Origin: a virus
DNA: 47,150 nt
IMG/VR virus record: IMGVR_UViG_3300045988_023644
Span: 1 to 47,150 of that record
Strand: one strand, 5' to 3'
Position numbers and translations under genes: made by a program. Numbering within the stretch: position 1 is the first letter of the stretch; each line of letters opens with the position of its first letter. The notes below the pieces were generated by a model. The model was not told the origin of the DNA. It searched no databases and worked only from the letters and a program-made list of their open reading frames with translations. Positions 8,566 through 15,041 of this stretch are shown piece after piece.

Positions 8566-8598
8566 GCTCCATGTTCTCCATTTTCTGTATTGTACCAG

Positions 8599-8806
8599 AC
8601 TTACAATTATTTGTCAACTGTAATTGTAAAATATGCCTTTTTATTTTTTGGGGAATTTACGGGACTAACCCCCGCGCCTTCCGCCGCCGCACATCCCCCG
8701 CCCCGTCACTGGCTGCCGGGCGGCTCTCATACCCTATTTACAATTTTTCTTGAATTTTTGTAATATAACACTTGACATTTACAAAAATATCTATATAATT
8801 GTAAGT
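8599..8806. repeat. 12-bp perfect inverted repeat ACTTACAATTAT (8599-8610) / ATAATTGTAAGT (8795-8806) bracketing 184 bp
   Basis: Read directly. Related TAATTGTAA copies at 8621-8629 and TTACAATTT at 8738-8746. Confidence 0.7.
8772..8799 (+). promoter_or_regulatory. Sigma-A type promoter for the plus-strand cassette
   Basis: TTGACA (8772-8777), 16-nt spacer, TATAAT (8794-8799). Confidence 0.55.
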
Positions 8807-8920
8807 GCAAACCAAAAAGAAAAGCGCCCGGCCTCGACCAAGACAACCGGGCGCACCGCCAAGGAGAGCGGCGCAACCATTGTACCGCCTCCGCCGTAAA
8901 AAATCAAGGAGGAAATTACA

Positions 8921-9322
8921 ATGACAATCTATGACCGCATGACAAAAGAGCTTGAAGCCCGCAAGGATCGCAGCGCATGGAGCAAGGGCGTTACCACATA
9001 CGCCCTTGAACTGGTGGAACAGCTGGAAGAAGCTGCCGTGGGCGGTTACCTCGACGCGGCCGACCTGACGGCCCCGCGCATGCTCCGCAAGGCCCTATTG
9101 AACGGCGCGGACGATTGGAGCGCCTACAGCTGGGGCGGCTGCTCCCTGATCTACGATAGCGACATTGCAGAGCGCCTGTGCTGCCCGTCCGAACTCAAGC
9201 GCACCCGCAACGGGGAGCGCAGACCCAACAGCCGGGAAGAATGGCTAGACACTCAGGCCCGCGCACTGTCCCAGGCAGAAGCAAGAGTGCGTCGCGTCAT
9301 GCGCGACGTGCTGGAGGGCTGA
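8921..9322 (+). CDS. Hypothetical protein (family seen in Firmicutes integrative elements)
   Basis: 133 aa, RBS AAGGAGG 7 nt upstream. Confidence 0.7.
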   Translation: MTIYDRMTKELEARKDRSAWSKGVTTYALELVEQLEEAAVGGYLDAADLTAPRMLRKALLNGADDWSAYSWGGCSLIYDSDIAERLCCPSELKRTRNGERRPNSREEWLDTQARALSQAEARVRRVMRDVLEG

Positions 9323-9325
9323 ACG

Positions 9326-9592
9326 ATGGATATTAACGCAATCATGGCCGAACTGGCCCAGTACATCCGCATGCAGGAAGAAGCCGCCGCAATGGTGGAG
9401 AGCCTGAAAGACCAGATCAAGACCCAGATGCAGGCCGCAGGCGTGGACACGCTGGCCGGGGCCGAACACAAGGCCACCTACAAGGCCGTCACCAGCTCCC
9501 GCGTGGACACGTCCGCATTAAAGCGAGACCTGCCCGAGATCGCAGCCCAGTACACCAAGACTACAACCGCCCGCCGCTTCACTTTTGCATAA
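9326..9592 (+). CDS. Hypothetical protein
   Basis: 88 aa, tightly packed after 8921..9322. Confidence 0.65.
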   Translation: MDINAIMAELAQYIRMQEEAAAMVESLKDQIKTQMQAAGVDTLAGAEHKATYKAVTSSRVDTSALKRDLPEIAAQYTKTTTARRFTFA

Positions 9593-9603
9593 GGAGGGAT
9601 CAC

Positions 9604-9777
9604 ATGTTTCTAACGCCGCATATGCGCCGCATTGCCGACCAGATGCAGCACATCCACGAGGCCGCAGAGGCCCGCAGCGACAACCCGTTTTTCTGGGACT
9701 ACACACCCGCAGAACTGGCCGAGCTGGCAGAGCTGCGCCGGGCATACATGGCGGAGAAATCCGCCGCCGGTCTATAG
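9604..9777 (+). CDS. Hypothetical small protein (57 aa, below the ORF-track cutoff)
   Basis: ATG 9604 preceded by AAGGAGGG. Translates MFLTPHMRRIADQMQHIHEAAEARSDNPFFWDYTPAELAELAELRRAYMAEKSAAGL. Confidence 0.55.
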   Translation: MFLTPHMRRIADQMQHIHEAAEARSDNPFFWDYTPAELAELAELRRAYMAEKSAAGL

Positions 9778-9794
9778 GGGGGGGAGGTGAGCGC

Positions 9795-9863
9795 GTGACC
9801 TTGCTTTTGGTCCTCGCTTTCCCGCTGATGGTACTTGTTGAGATCGTCAAGCGGTCTAATTGA
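9795..9863 (+). CDS. Possible 22-aa hydrophobic micro-protein MTLLLVLAFPLMVLVEIVKRSN
   Basis: GTG 9795 lies 6 nt after GGAGGTG. Confidence 0.3.
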   Translation: MTLLLVLAFPLMVLVEIVKRSN

Positions 9864-9888
9864 CAAGCAGCCGCCAACATGCTACAAT
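9860..9888 (+). promoter_or_regulatory. Consensus promoter for 9931..10134
   Basis: TTGACA (9860-9865), 17-nt spacer ending in TGc, TACAAT (9883-9888). Confidence 0.6.
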
Positions 9889-9930
9889 TAACCTGATGGA
9901 CAGGGCCGCAGACCCGGAAAGGAGCGAAAC

Positions 9931-10134
9931 ATGGAGCGCATCATGGTAACCAACCGCAACGGCGCAAAGATCGATTTTCCCGCCGCCGTCGAGTTAATGG
10001 ACGACGAGACCCGCGAGGCCGTACACATGGAACTAGCCCCATGCACGGAACAGGAATTTTTCACGGCTTACGAGGCCGCCCACGCTGCAAAATTTGGAGC
10101 GTGGGAGCTAAGCAAGCCAAACCCGACATATTAA
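9931..10134 (+). CDS. Hypothetical small protein
   Basis: 67 aa, RBS GGAAAGGAG, own promoter and terminator. Confidence 0.7.
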   Translation: MERIMVTNRNGAKIDFPAAVELMDDETREAVHMELAPCTEQEFFTAYEAAHAAKFGAWELSKPNPTY

Positions 10135-10144
10135 CACCGCAGGA

Positions 10145-10173
10145 GCCGCCCACGCCGGGCGGCTTTCCTTTTG
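10145..10173 (+). terminator. Intrinsic terminator of the plus-strand cassette
   Basis: GCCGCCC-acgcc-GGGCGGC followed by TTTCCTTTTG. Confidence 0.7.
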
Positions 10174-10474
10174 CCCTCCACCAGATCACGCCCCAAAAGG
10201 GCGCTTTTCTTTTGCTCTAATACAGGCCGTTTTAAGCCGCTCTTGCGGCGTTCTACCCTGCGCCGCTGTCCCTATATTGCCGGGCAAATAAACGCCTTGC
10301 AGCGGCCTTTATTTGCCGTTCTGCGGGGTGTTATTTTGTGACCTGTTTTGCCCTCCATGCATCGCCAAAAATCGAACGTCCGTTCTTTTGCGCCGTTTCC
10401 GGAAGATTTCCTGTCAGATTTTCTGCAAAAAACGCAGCAGGCTCCCGCCGGATTCTGCGCCGGTGAGAGCCTGT

Positions 10475-10571
10475 CATAGTCGCGGCATAGTCGCGCGATA
10501 GTCGTTGAGATGGTCGCGAAAGTCGCAGACCATAGTCGCAAAAGTCGCTCAAAATACTCCAAAATAGTCGT
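10475..10571. repeat. Array of 8 same-orientation (A/T)AGTCG(C/T) boxes spaced 9-13 bp apart
   Basis: Box starts at 10475, 10486, 10497, 10509, 10518, 10531, 10540 and 10563. Confidence 0.8.
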
Positions 10572-10574
10572 TTG

Positions 10575-10639
10575 TACGAGATTCCGTGTATAAACCCCGC
10601 GTTTTTCTCACCCATTTTTCGAGGTATACGAGATTCCGT
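10575..10639. repeat. Two direct copies of TACGAGATTCCGT (10575-10587, 10627-10639)
   Basis: Read directly. The second copy abuts the terS stop codon. Confidence 0.8.
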
Positions 10640-11221
10640 TCAGTTTTCGTCGATCTCCACGGCGATATCGGTGAGATATTTCTGCTGCAAGTCCTCCGGC
10701 GATAGTTGCTCGCCCAAAGGCTGGTTGGGGGTCAAGACCACTTCCTGCTTGTCCTGATAGCCCATGTTGTTTTTCATCAAAAAAATACCCGCAACTGGGT
10801 TAATCTTGCCGTTTTGCATATAATCTTCCATCTGTGCGTTCAAAATTTGGTACGCTTTTTTGAGCGTGTGACGTACCTCAGCGGGCAAAACCTTCACATT
10901 GTTCTGCCTCGTCCCGTTTGCCCACCGCGTCAAAGTCTCCCGCGAAACACCAAAAGCAAGCGCTAAGCCTGCTACACTGGGCTTCATGTCGTTCTCTGCA
11001 CACAAATCGAAGTAGTCTGCAATTCTGGTAGATACCTGTTCTACGCTCTCCATATCGGGATCGTCCCACCTAAACATGGTAAGCGCGTGGTTTAAATACT
11101 TTGTGTTATCGCCGGGATTTGTCTGCACAGCGCAGTCGGGGCGTTTATTGCCTCCTGAGCCTTTTGGCCTTCCACGTCCGCGCTTGGGCGTTACCTCCAT
11201 GTCTATGACTTTATCGTTCAT
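10640..11221 (-). CDS. terS: Terminase small subunit
   Basis: Start at ATG 11221 (ATGA overlap with the upstream ORF). Basic N-terminus RGRGRPKG and an HTH-like PSVAGLALAFGVSRETLTRWANG. Confidence 0.8.
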   Translation of the reverse strand: MNDKVIDMEVTPKRGRGRPKGSGGNKRPDCAVQTNPGDNTKYLNHALTMFRWDDPDMESVEQVSTRIADYFDLCAENDMKPSVAGLALAFGVSRETLTRWANGTRQNNVKVLPAEVRHTLKKAYQILNAQMEDYMQNGKINPVAGIFLMKNNMGYQDKQEVVLTPNQPLGEQLSPEDLQQKYLTDIAVEIDEN

Positions 11222-11451
11222 TCTCCGTCTCCCTCTTGCATCTCGCCATCCACACGCACCAAGCTCCAAGAACAATGAAAGTCATTACAATACCCGCAAG
11301 TCGCGGCAATGTCCTGATGCTCTTTGTCCTTGTGCAGTTTGCAGCCAACAGGCCCAGTAGTTACACGCTTACCGTCAACTACTACTGTGCCGTGTTTGGC
11401 GTGGGTGCAGAAGTCACAGCATGGTGTGCAGTTGTTTCCGCATAGGATCAT
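11218..11451 (-). CDS. Cysteine-rich small protein (CGNNCTPCC...CKLH...CGYCNDFHC)
   Basis: 77 aa, RBS GGAGGAAG 6 nt upstream of the ATG. Confidence 0.6.
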   Translation of the reverse strand: MILCGNNCTPCCDFCTHAKHGTVVVDGKRVTTGPVGCKLHKDKEHQDIAATCGYCNDFHCSWSLVRVDGEMQEGDGE

Positions 11452-11587
11452 TTTCCGCTTCCTCCTTATCGCAGGTAGAAATATAGTCTTCTCGTTCTTT
11501 CTCGTGGTCGCGCCGCCCCATTTCCACGTACACTTCTTCCTTGGCCTGCTTGATAACCTCGTTGAACTTCTTTTTGCTGATAAACAT
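11414..11587 (-). CDS. Hypothetical charged small protein (57 aa)
   Basis: ATG 11587 preceded by AAAAGGAGAA. Overlaps the next ORF by 38 nt. Confidence 0.45.
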   Translation of the reverse strand: MFISKKKFNEVIKQAKEEVYVEMGRRDHEKEREDYISTCDKEEAENDPMRKQLHTML

Positions 11588-11957
11588 CTTTCGTTCTCCT
11601 TTTCCGTTTTTGTTCGGCTTCCCGCTTAGATTGTCACACGCTACCGGCAACTACGCTCCGAAAAGTCGCAGCCCCTATTCCGTCTGGTCAAACCGGTCTT
11701 GACGCATCAAGACAAGCGCAGTTTTCAGCGGACGTTGTCATTTCCATGTGAGCCATGCCGCACGGTCTCACATTGTCCGGGCGCTACCCGGCCTCTGGTA
11801 CGGCATTGCAGTCCTGCCCTGCTTTAGCGCTTCAAGAAAAGTCCCTGTCACTCGCTGTGGTCTCCCCTTACGGGGCACCTATGCCGCGTATGGGGCATAA
11901 GCCCCGATAAAGTCCCTTGCGGGCAAAAACGATTCAACGTTTTCATTCTTTTTGAAG
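11588..11957 (-). ncRNA. ORF-free, hairpin-rich region (candidate structured RNA or leader)
   Basis: Minus-strand hairpins CCC-GCAA-GGG (11914-11923), GGGGC-TTAT-GCCCC (11892-11905), CCCC-GTAA-GGGG (11864-11875), CCGGG/CCCGG (11777-11791), TGTGAG/CTCACA (11747-11772), GTCTTGA/TCAAGAC (11696-11713). Confidence 0.3.
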
Positions 11958-12605
11958 TTAAGCCGTGAGCTTGCGCGTGTTGGTCTGCATGATAAAGTCT
12001 TTTACCTGACCATACCCCCACCCACAATCGACAAGGCCGCTGACGAGGCGCTCCATTGACTGGACGGCCGCCAGATCGTCAGCAGAAAGAAAATCGCGCA
12101 AGTTTTCTTTTTCTCCTACCGAATATTCTTCCTTTAACTGCTTTGCGTTCTTCCCGAACAGGGCAGTATAAATGCAGTTTGTGTAAGTAGAGTAGGCGTG
12201 GCCGTGCATCCGCTCATCCTCCGCAGACTGCTGCAACGCCTTTGTCAATGCCTGACGCACGGCTATGCCCTTTTCCCGCTCAACAAGTTTGCCCCTAAGA
12301 GCTTTCTCCATCGCGTTGAATTGCTTGATGTACGCCTCTTTGAATTTCATCGCAACGTCTCCGATGTATCCCATGACAAGAAGCGTAAACCCGTCGCGGG
12401 TCATTATGTACATGGGCTGACTTTTGCCCTGTGCAGTCTCGTAGTGGGACAGTCCAAAGTTGGACACCAGAAACTCCTCGCTGCACCTTAGTTCTCGAAT
12501 ATCTCTTAAAACGTGTTTATGCTCTTTCCCAAACGTTTCTGCGACATCAAGGCTCGTGCAACAAGCCTTTTCTTCTTTTCCAAATTTCATCAATTCAACC
12601 AACAT
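11958..12605 (-). CDS. Rha family phage regulatory protein
   Basis: Start at ATG 12605. TSLDVAETFGKEHKHVLRDIREL motif. Confidence 0.8.
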   Translation of the reverse strand: MLVELMKFGKEEKACCTSLDVAETFGKEHKHVLRDIRELRCSEEFLVSNFGLSHYETAQGKSQPMYIMTRDGFTLLVMGYIGDVAMKFKEAYIKQFNAMEKALRGKLVEREKGIAVRQALTKALQQSAEDERMHGHAYSTYTNCIYTALFGKNAKQLKEEYSVGEKENLRDFLSADDLAAVQSMERLVSGLVDCGWGYGQVKDFIMQTNTRKLTA

Positions 12606-13114
12606 CTTATCAATCCTTTCTCGTTGATTATTTGCAGTTGCTTTCAAGAGCAGGAGTGGCTAAAACGGGCACCCTTTTGCTCATTCTATCCATTTTTTCA
12701 AGCCGCCTTTTACGCCGGACGGTCGGCACGTCTATTGGCAACCGTGTTATTTTTAGCCGCTCGATACACGGATAAAGCGGCAATGGTGCGTTTTCTTTCG
12801 GCTCTCGCCTATCCGCCTTGAGGAATCCGCACAACCCTTCGGAACTCCACGGTAAACGCATGGCGGAGCGCCTACCGCTTCAATGTTCTGGCACACTTTC
12901 GGGCGGGACGCTATGCCACTTGCCCACGGTAGTGCCGCACCGCTTTTCTCGTCTCGGATTCCGTCTCTACAGGCTCCGTATTGCCCAGCCGTTTTCTATG
13001 TGTCGGCACACTTTCGGGCCGGATGGGAGGCGCGACCTCCCGCCCCTGATCGTGGGGAAGCTCACGCAGTCCGGCGTATACCCGTCATATACCGCTGGCG
13101 GGAAAGCGGTTGAA
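12606..13114 (-). ncRNA. Candidate large structured non-coding RNA (about 510 nt downstream of the tRNA-like element)
   Basis: No ORF with an RBS. Many GC hairpins (13025-13041, 13043-13057, 13091-13110). Internal repeat GGCACACTTTCGGGC at 12890-12904 and 13005-13019. Confidence 0.35.
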
Positions 13115-13198
13115 TGGAGGCATTGGCGGGAATCGAACCCTGCATCGTCCATCGGCGGCGGTTTCCGCTGGGCGCTCTTCCAACTGAGCTACAATGCC
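13115..13198 (-). tRNA. tRNA-like element with a non-canonical anticodon arm (possible pseudo-tRNA or tRNA mimic)
   Basis: 7-bp acceptor GGCATTG/CAATGCC, D arm GCTC-AGTTGGAA-GAGC, T loop TTCGATT, encoded TCCA 3' end. No 5-bp/7-nt anticodon arm can be drawn. Confidence 0.4.
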
Positions 13199-13307
13199 GT
13201 GTGTGCCCGCCGCCGTGCAACGACGGGCCACAGAAAGGAGAATGAAAAATGAATGCTAGCAAGATGATGAATAGGAGGTGTCATAGGGCCTGCACGTCCC
13301 CGTGACC

Positions 13308-13324
13308 ATTGTACCACACTTTTT
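13308..13324 (-). promoter_or_regulatory. Candidate extended -10 promoter (AAAAAGTGTGGTACAAT) upstream of the tRNA-like/ncRNA region
   Basis: Identical 17-mer to 4791-4807. Confidence 0.4.
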
Positions 13325-13385
13325 GCAAAGTTTATAGTGCAAAAACGCGGATTTTCTAAAGTAGTTATTCTAATTAAGCACTTTT

Positions 13386-13970
13386 TCACACTTCCTCGAA
13401 ATACTTCACATCTCCGATACTGCAAACGTAAATCTGCCCCTCGTGGTATTCGCTGTGTCCGGCGATCTGGGGATTATAAAACACCGTCGCATTGCCGATG
13501 TCGGTAAATGTTTCGCCGTATACAAACACCTCACAAAAGGCATTCAGCGCCGCGTCAGACGCCCAGCTCGCCGGGGTGGTGTACTGATATTCCCTGCATA
13601 CGTCCTCCGGCGTGTAGCGGTTTCTGTGGCGATTGCAAGCGTTAAACAGGGCTTGTACAATGCCACGGCACTGGTCGGCATCGTTTCCCGCTTCTGCCGT
13701 AACGATCTGAAGCACCTTCGTCACGTCGTAGCCGAAGGTCTCAACCTCCCGGTCTGTTCCGATGGCTGCAATCACCGCCTCCGCGCTTTTCTCCGCGTCG
13801 TCCGGGTCTTCGTATGGTTCTTCGTGTGGGCCGCCCTCGATCACTAGAATCGTGCGCTCCTCGCGTTCCGGCCCCTTCTCAGAAAAGCCGGTCAGCACCA
13901 CCAGCGCCGCCGCCAGGATCAGCAGCACCCACGCAGCGGCAATAATGCGGTCATTTGTCGTTGGTTTCAT
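13386..13970 (-). CDS. Membrane-anchored cell-wall hydrolase-like protein (SleB/Hydrolase_2-like)
   Basis: Start at ATG 13970. TM helix IIAAAWVLLILAAALVVL, then LQIVTAEAG...ATVFYNP...IGDVKYF pattern. Confidence 0.45.
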   Translation of the reverse strand: MKPTTNDRIIAAAWVLLILAAALVVLTGFSEKGPEREERTILVIEGGPHEEPYEDPDDAEKSAEAVIAAIGTDREVETFGYDVTKVLQIVTAEAGNDADQCRGIVQALFNACNRHRNRYTPEDVCREYQYTTPASWASDAALNAFCEVFVYGETFTDIGNATVFYNPQIAGHSEYHEGQIYVCSIGDVKYFEEV

Positions 13971-13983
13971 TTGTTTTATGACG

Positions 13984-14256
13984 CTATCCCTCCTTTCTCT
14001 TACCGTAGGAGCAGAAAAAGTCCTCTGGCACCTCGCAGTCCACACAGACGCCGCAGGTGCAGAAGCGCCCGCCCACAGCTTCATAGCTGCGCTCACATTC
14101 CCGGCAGTAAACCACCGGGGCAACATCAGCGGTGGGAAGTTTCAACATATCCATCTGGATAATCGATAGCATCCTATTTTGAGCCACACTGTTCTCCGGC
14201 CTACGCATCCGCAAAACAGCTTTTACTGCCGCTGCTCGTTCAATGAATTCAACCAT
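13984..14256 (-). CDS. Hypothetical Cys-rich protein (90 aa)
   Basis: ATG 14256 preceded by GGAGGG 7 nt upstream. 8-nt overlap with lar. Confidence 0.5.
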   Translation of the reverse strand: MVEFIERAAAVKAVLRMRRPENSVAQNRMLSIIQMDMLKLPTADVAPVVYCRECERSYEAVGGRFCTCGVCVDCEVPEDFFCSYGKRKEG

Positions 14257-14512
14257 TGTCAGCCCTCCTGTTCCATGCTTCAGCGGCTTGCTCTTCTGTG
14301 TCGTAAATATGCACACCGCCCAAAACCCCGCCATCGCACTCATAGCTTGCAATCGGGCATTCCGGGTTTTCCTCGTGAGCGTGGTGAAGCATAAAGCCAA
14401 GCCCACTATAGGGATGCTCTCTATATGACTTATCATGCAGATTCCCTTCGTCATCACACAGAACAAGGCTAACTTTACCGCCGCAGAACGGGCAGGATTT
14501 TAACTCAAACAT
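14249..14512 (-). CDS. lar: Lar family restriction alleviation protein
   Basis: CPFCGG near the N-terminus and AAEAWNRR near the C-terminus. Confidence 0.75.
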   Translation of the reverse strand: MFELKSCPFCGGKVSLVLCDDEGNLHDKSYREHPYSGLGFMLHHAHEENPECPIASYECDGGVLGGVHIYDTEEQAAEAWNRRADNG

Positions 14513-15041
14513 CCTTCATCGCCTCCAATGCTTTCTCCGCCTCCTCGCGGGTCAAAAAAATCGTTTTCCCTACGGAACTTTCCACGTATGAGCAGAACGG
14601 GGTTGTATCAATGTCCCACCGTCCCTGTATTGCGAGGTATCTCATGTTGCTGACTTTGTGCTCTAAGATTTCTCCGGCAAACACTCTGTATAATTTATCG
14701 CCAACCTTGCACGGCAGCACCACCAGCCGACCGTCCTTGTCGGCCTCGGCCAGTTCGCGCAGTCTTTCAGCCGCAACGCCAAACGCTGAGACCAGTTGCG
14801 ACTTTGCCAGCAGTTTCGACCCTACAACGGCGTCGCTGACTTCCTCCGGCGCAGCTGCACGAATACCGGCGTACAGCACGCCGTTCAGCATCTGATAGCG
14901 GATCAGGCCCTTTCTCTCCAGCTCCTCCATCAACATCTCCCGCGCCTTCCGGCGCACCTCCGACCCGATGGCCTCCGGCTTGTCCGCCGACAGCGGATCA
15001 CAAATCAACTTACCCCACACAACAACGATTTTTTCTTTCAT
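14505..15041 (-). CDS. Hypothetical protein (shares a domain with 15038..15496)
   Basis: RBS GGAGGT. RLRELAEADKDGRLVVLPCKVGD. Confidence 0.65.
   Translation of the reverse strand: MKEKIVVVWGKLICDPLSADKPEAIGSEVRRKAREMLMEELERKGLIRYQMLNGVLYAGIRAAAPEEVSDAVVGSKLLAKSQLVSAFGVAAERLRELAEADKDGRLVVLPCKVGDKLYRVFAGEILEHKVSNMRYLAIQGRWDIDTTPFCSYVESSVGKTIFLTREEAEKALEAMKDV

Noticed and set aside
9585-9863. 92-aa plus-strand ORF from the track
   Set aside because: It has no RBS at its start and an Arg/Gly-rich product. Two shorter ORFs with strong RBS (9604..9777 in another frame, and 9795..9863) explain the region better.
10272-10615. The 94-96-aa minus-strand ORFs and the 62-aa plus-strand ORF in the terS-downstream region
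   Set aside because: Their sequence is low-complexity output of the AGTCGC repeat array. They have no RBS.
13115-13198. tmRNA (the 3' end GGGTTCGATTCCCGCCAATGCCTCCA resembles a tmRNA tRNA-like domain)
   Set aside because: The acceptor partner GGCATTG lies only about 70 nt upstream, giving a tRNA-sized molecule. A D arm is present, and I saw no tag reading frame or pseudoknot region.
11588-13385. Retron, DGR template repeat, group II intron or IscB/TnpB guide RNA as explanations for the structured non-coding regions
   Set aside because: No reverse transcriptase, IscB/TnpB or intron-encoded protein is present anywhere in the genome. I saw no template/variable repeat pair and no clear group II domain V.
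12818-13425. Several 60-144-aa ORFs on both strands (12818..13252, 12883..13113, 12967..13152, 13062..13262, 13189..13425)
   Set aside because: They overlap each other, lack RBS, and one runs straight through the tRNA-like element. The region is treated as non-coding.
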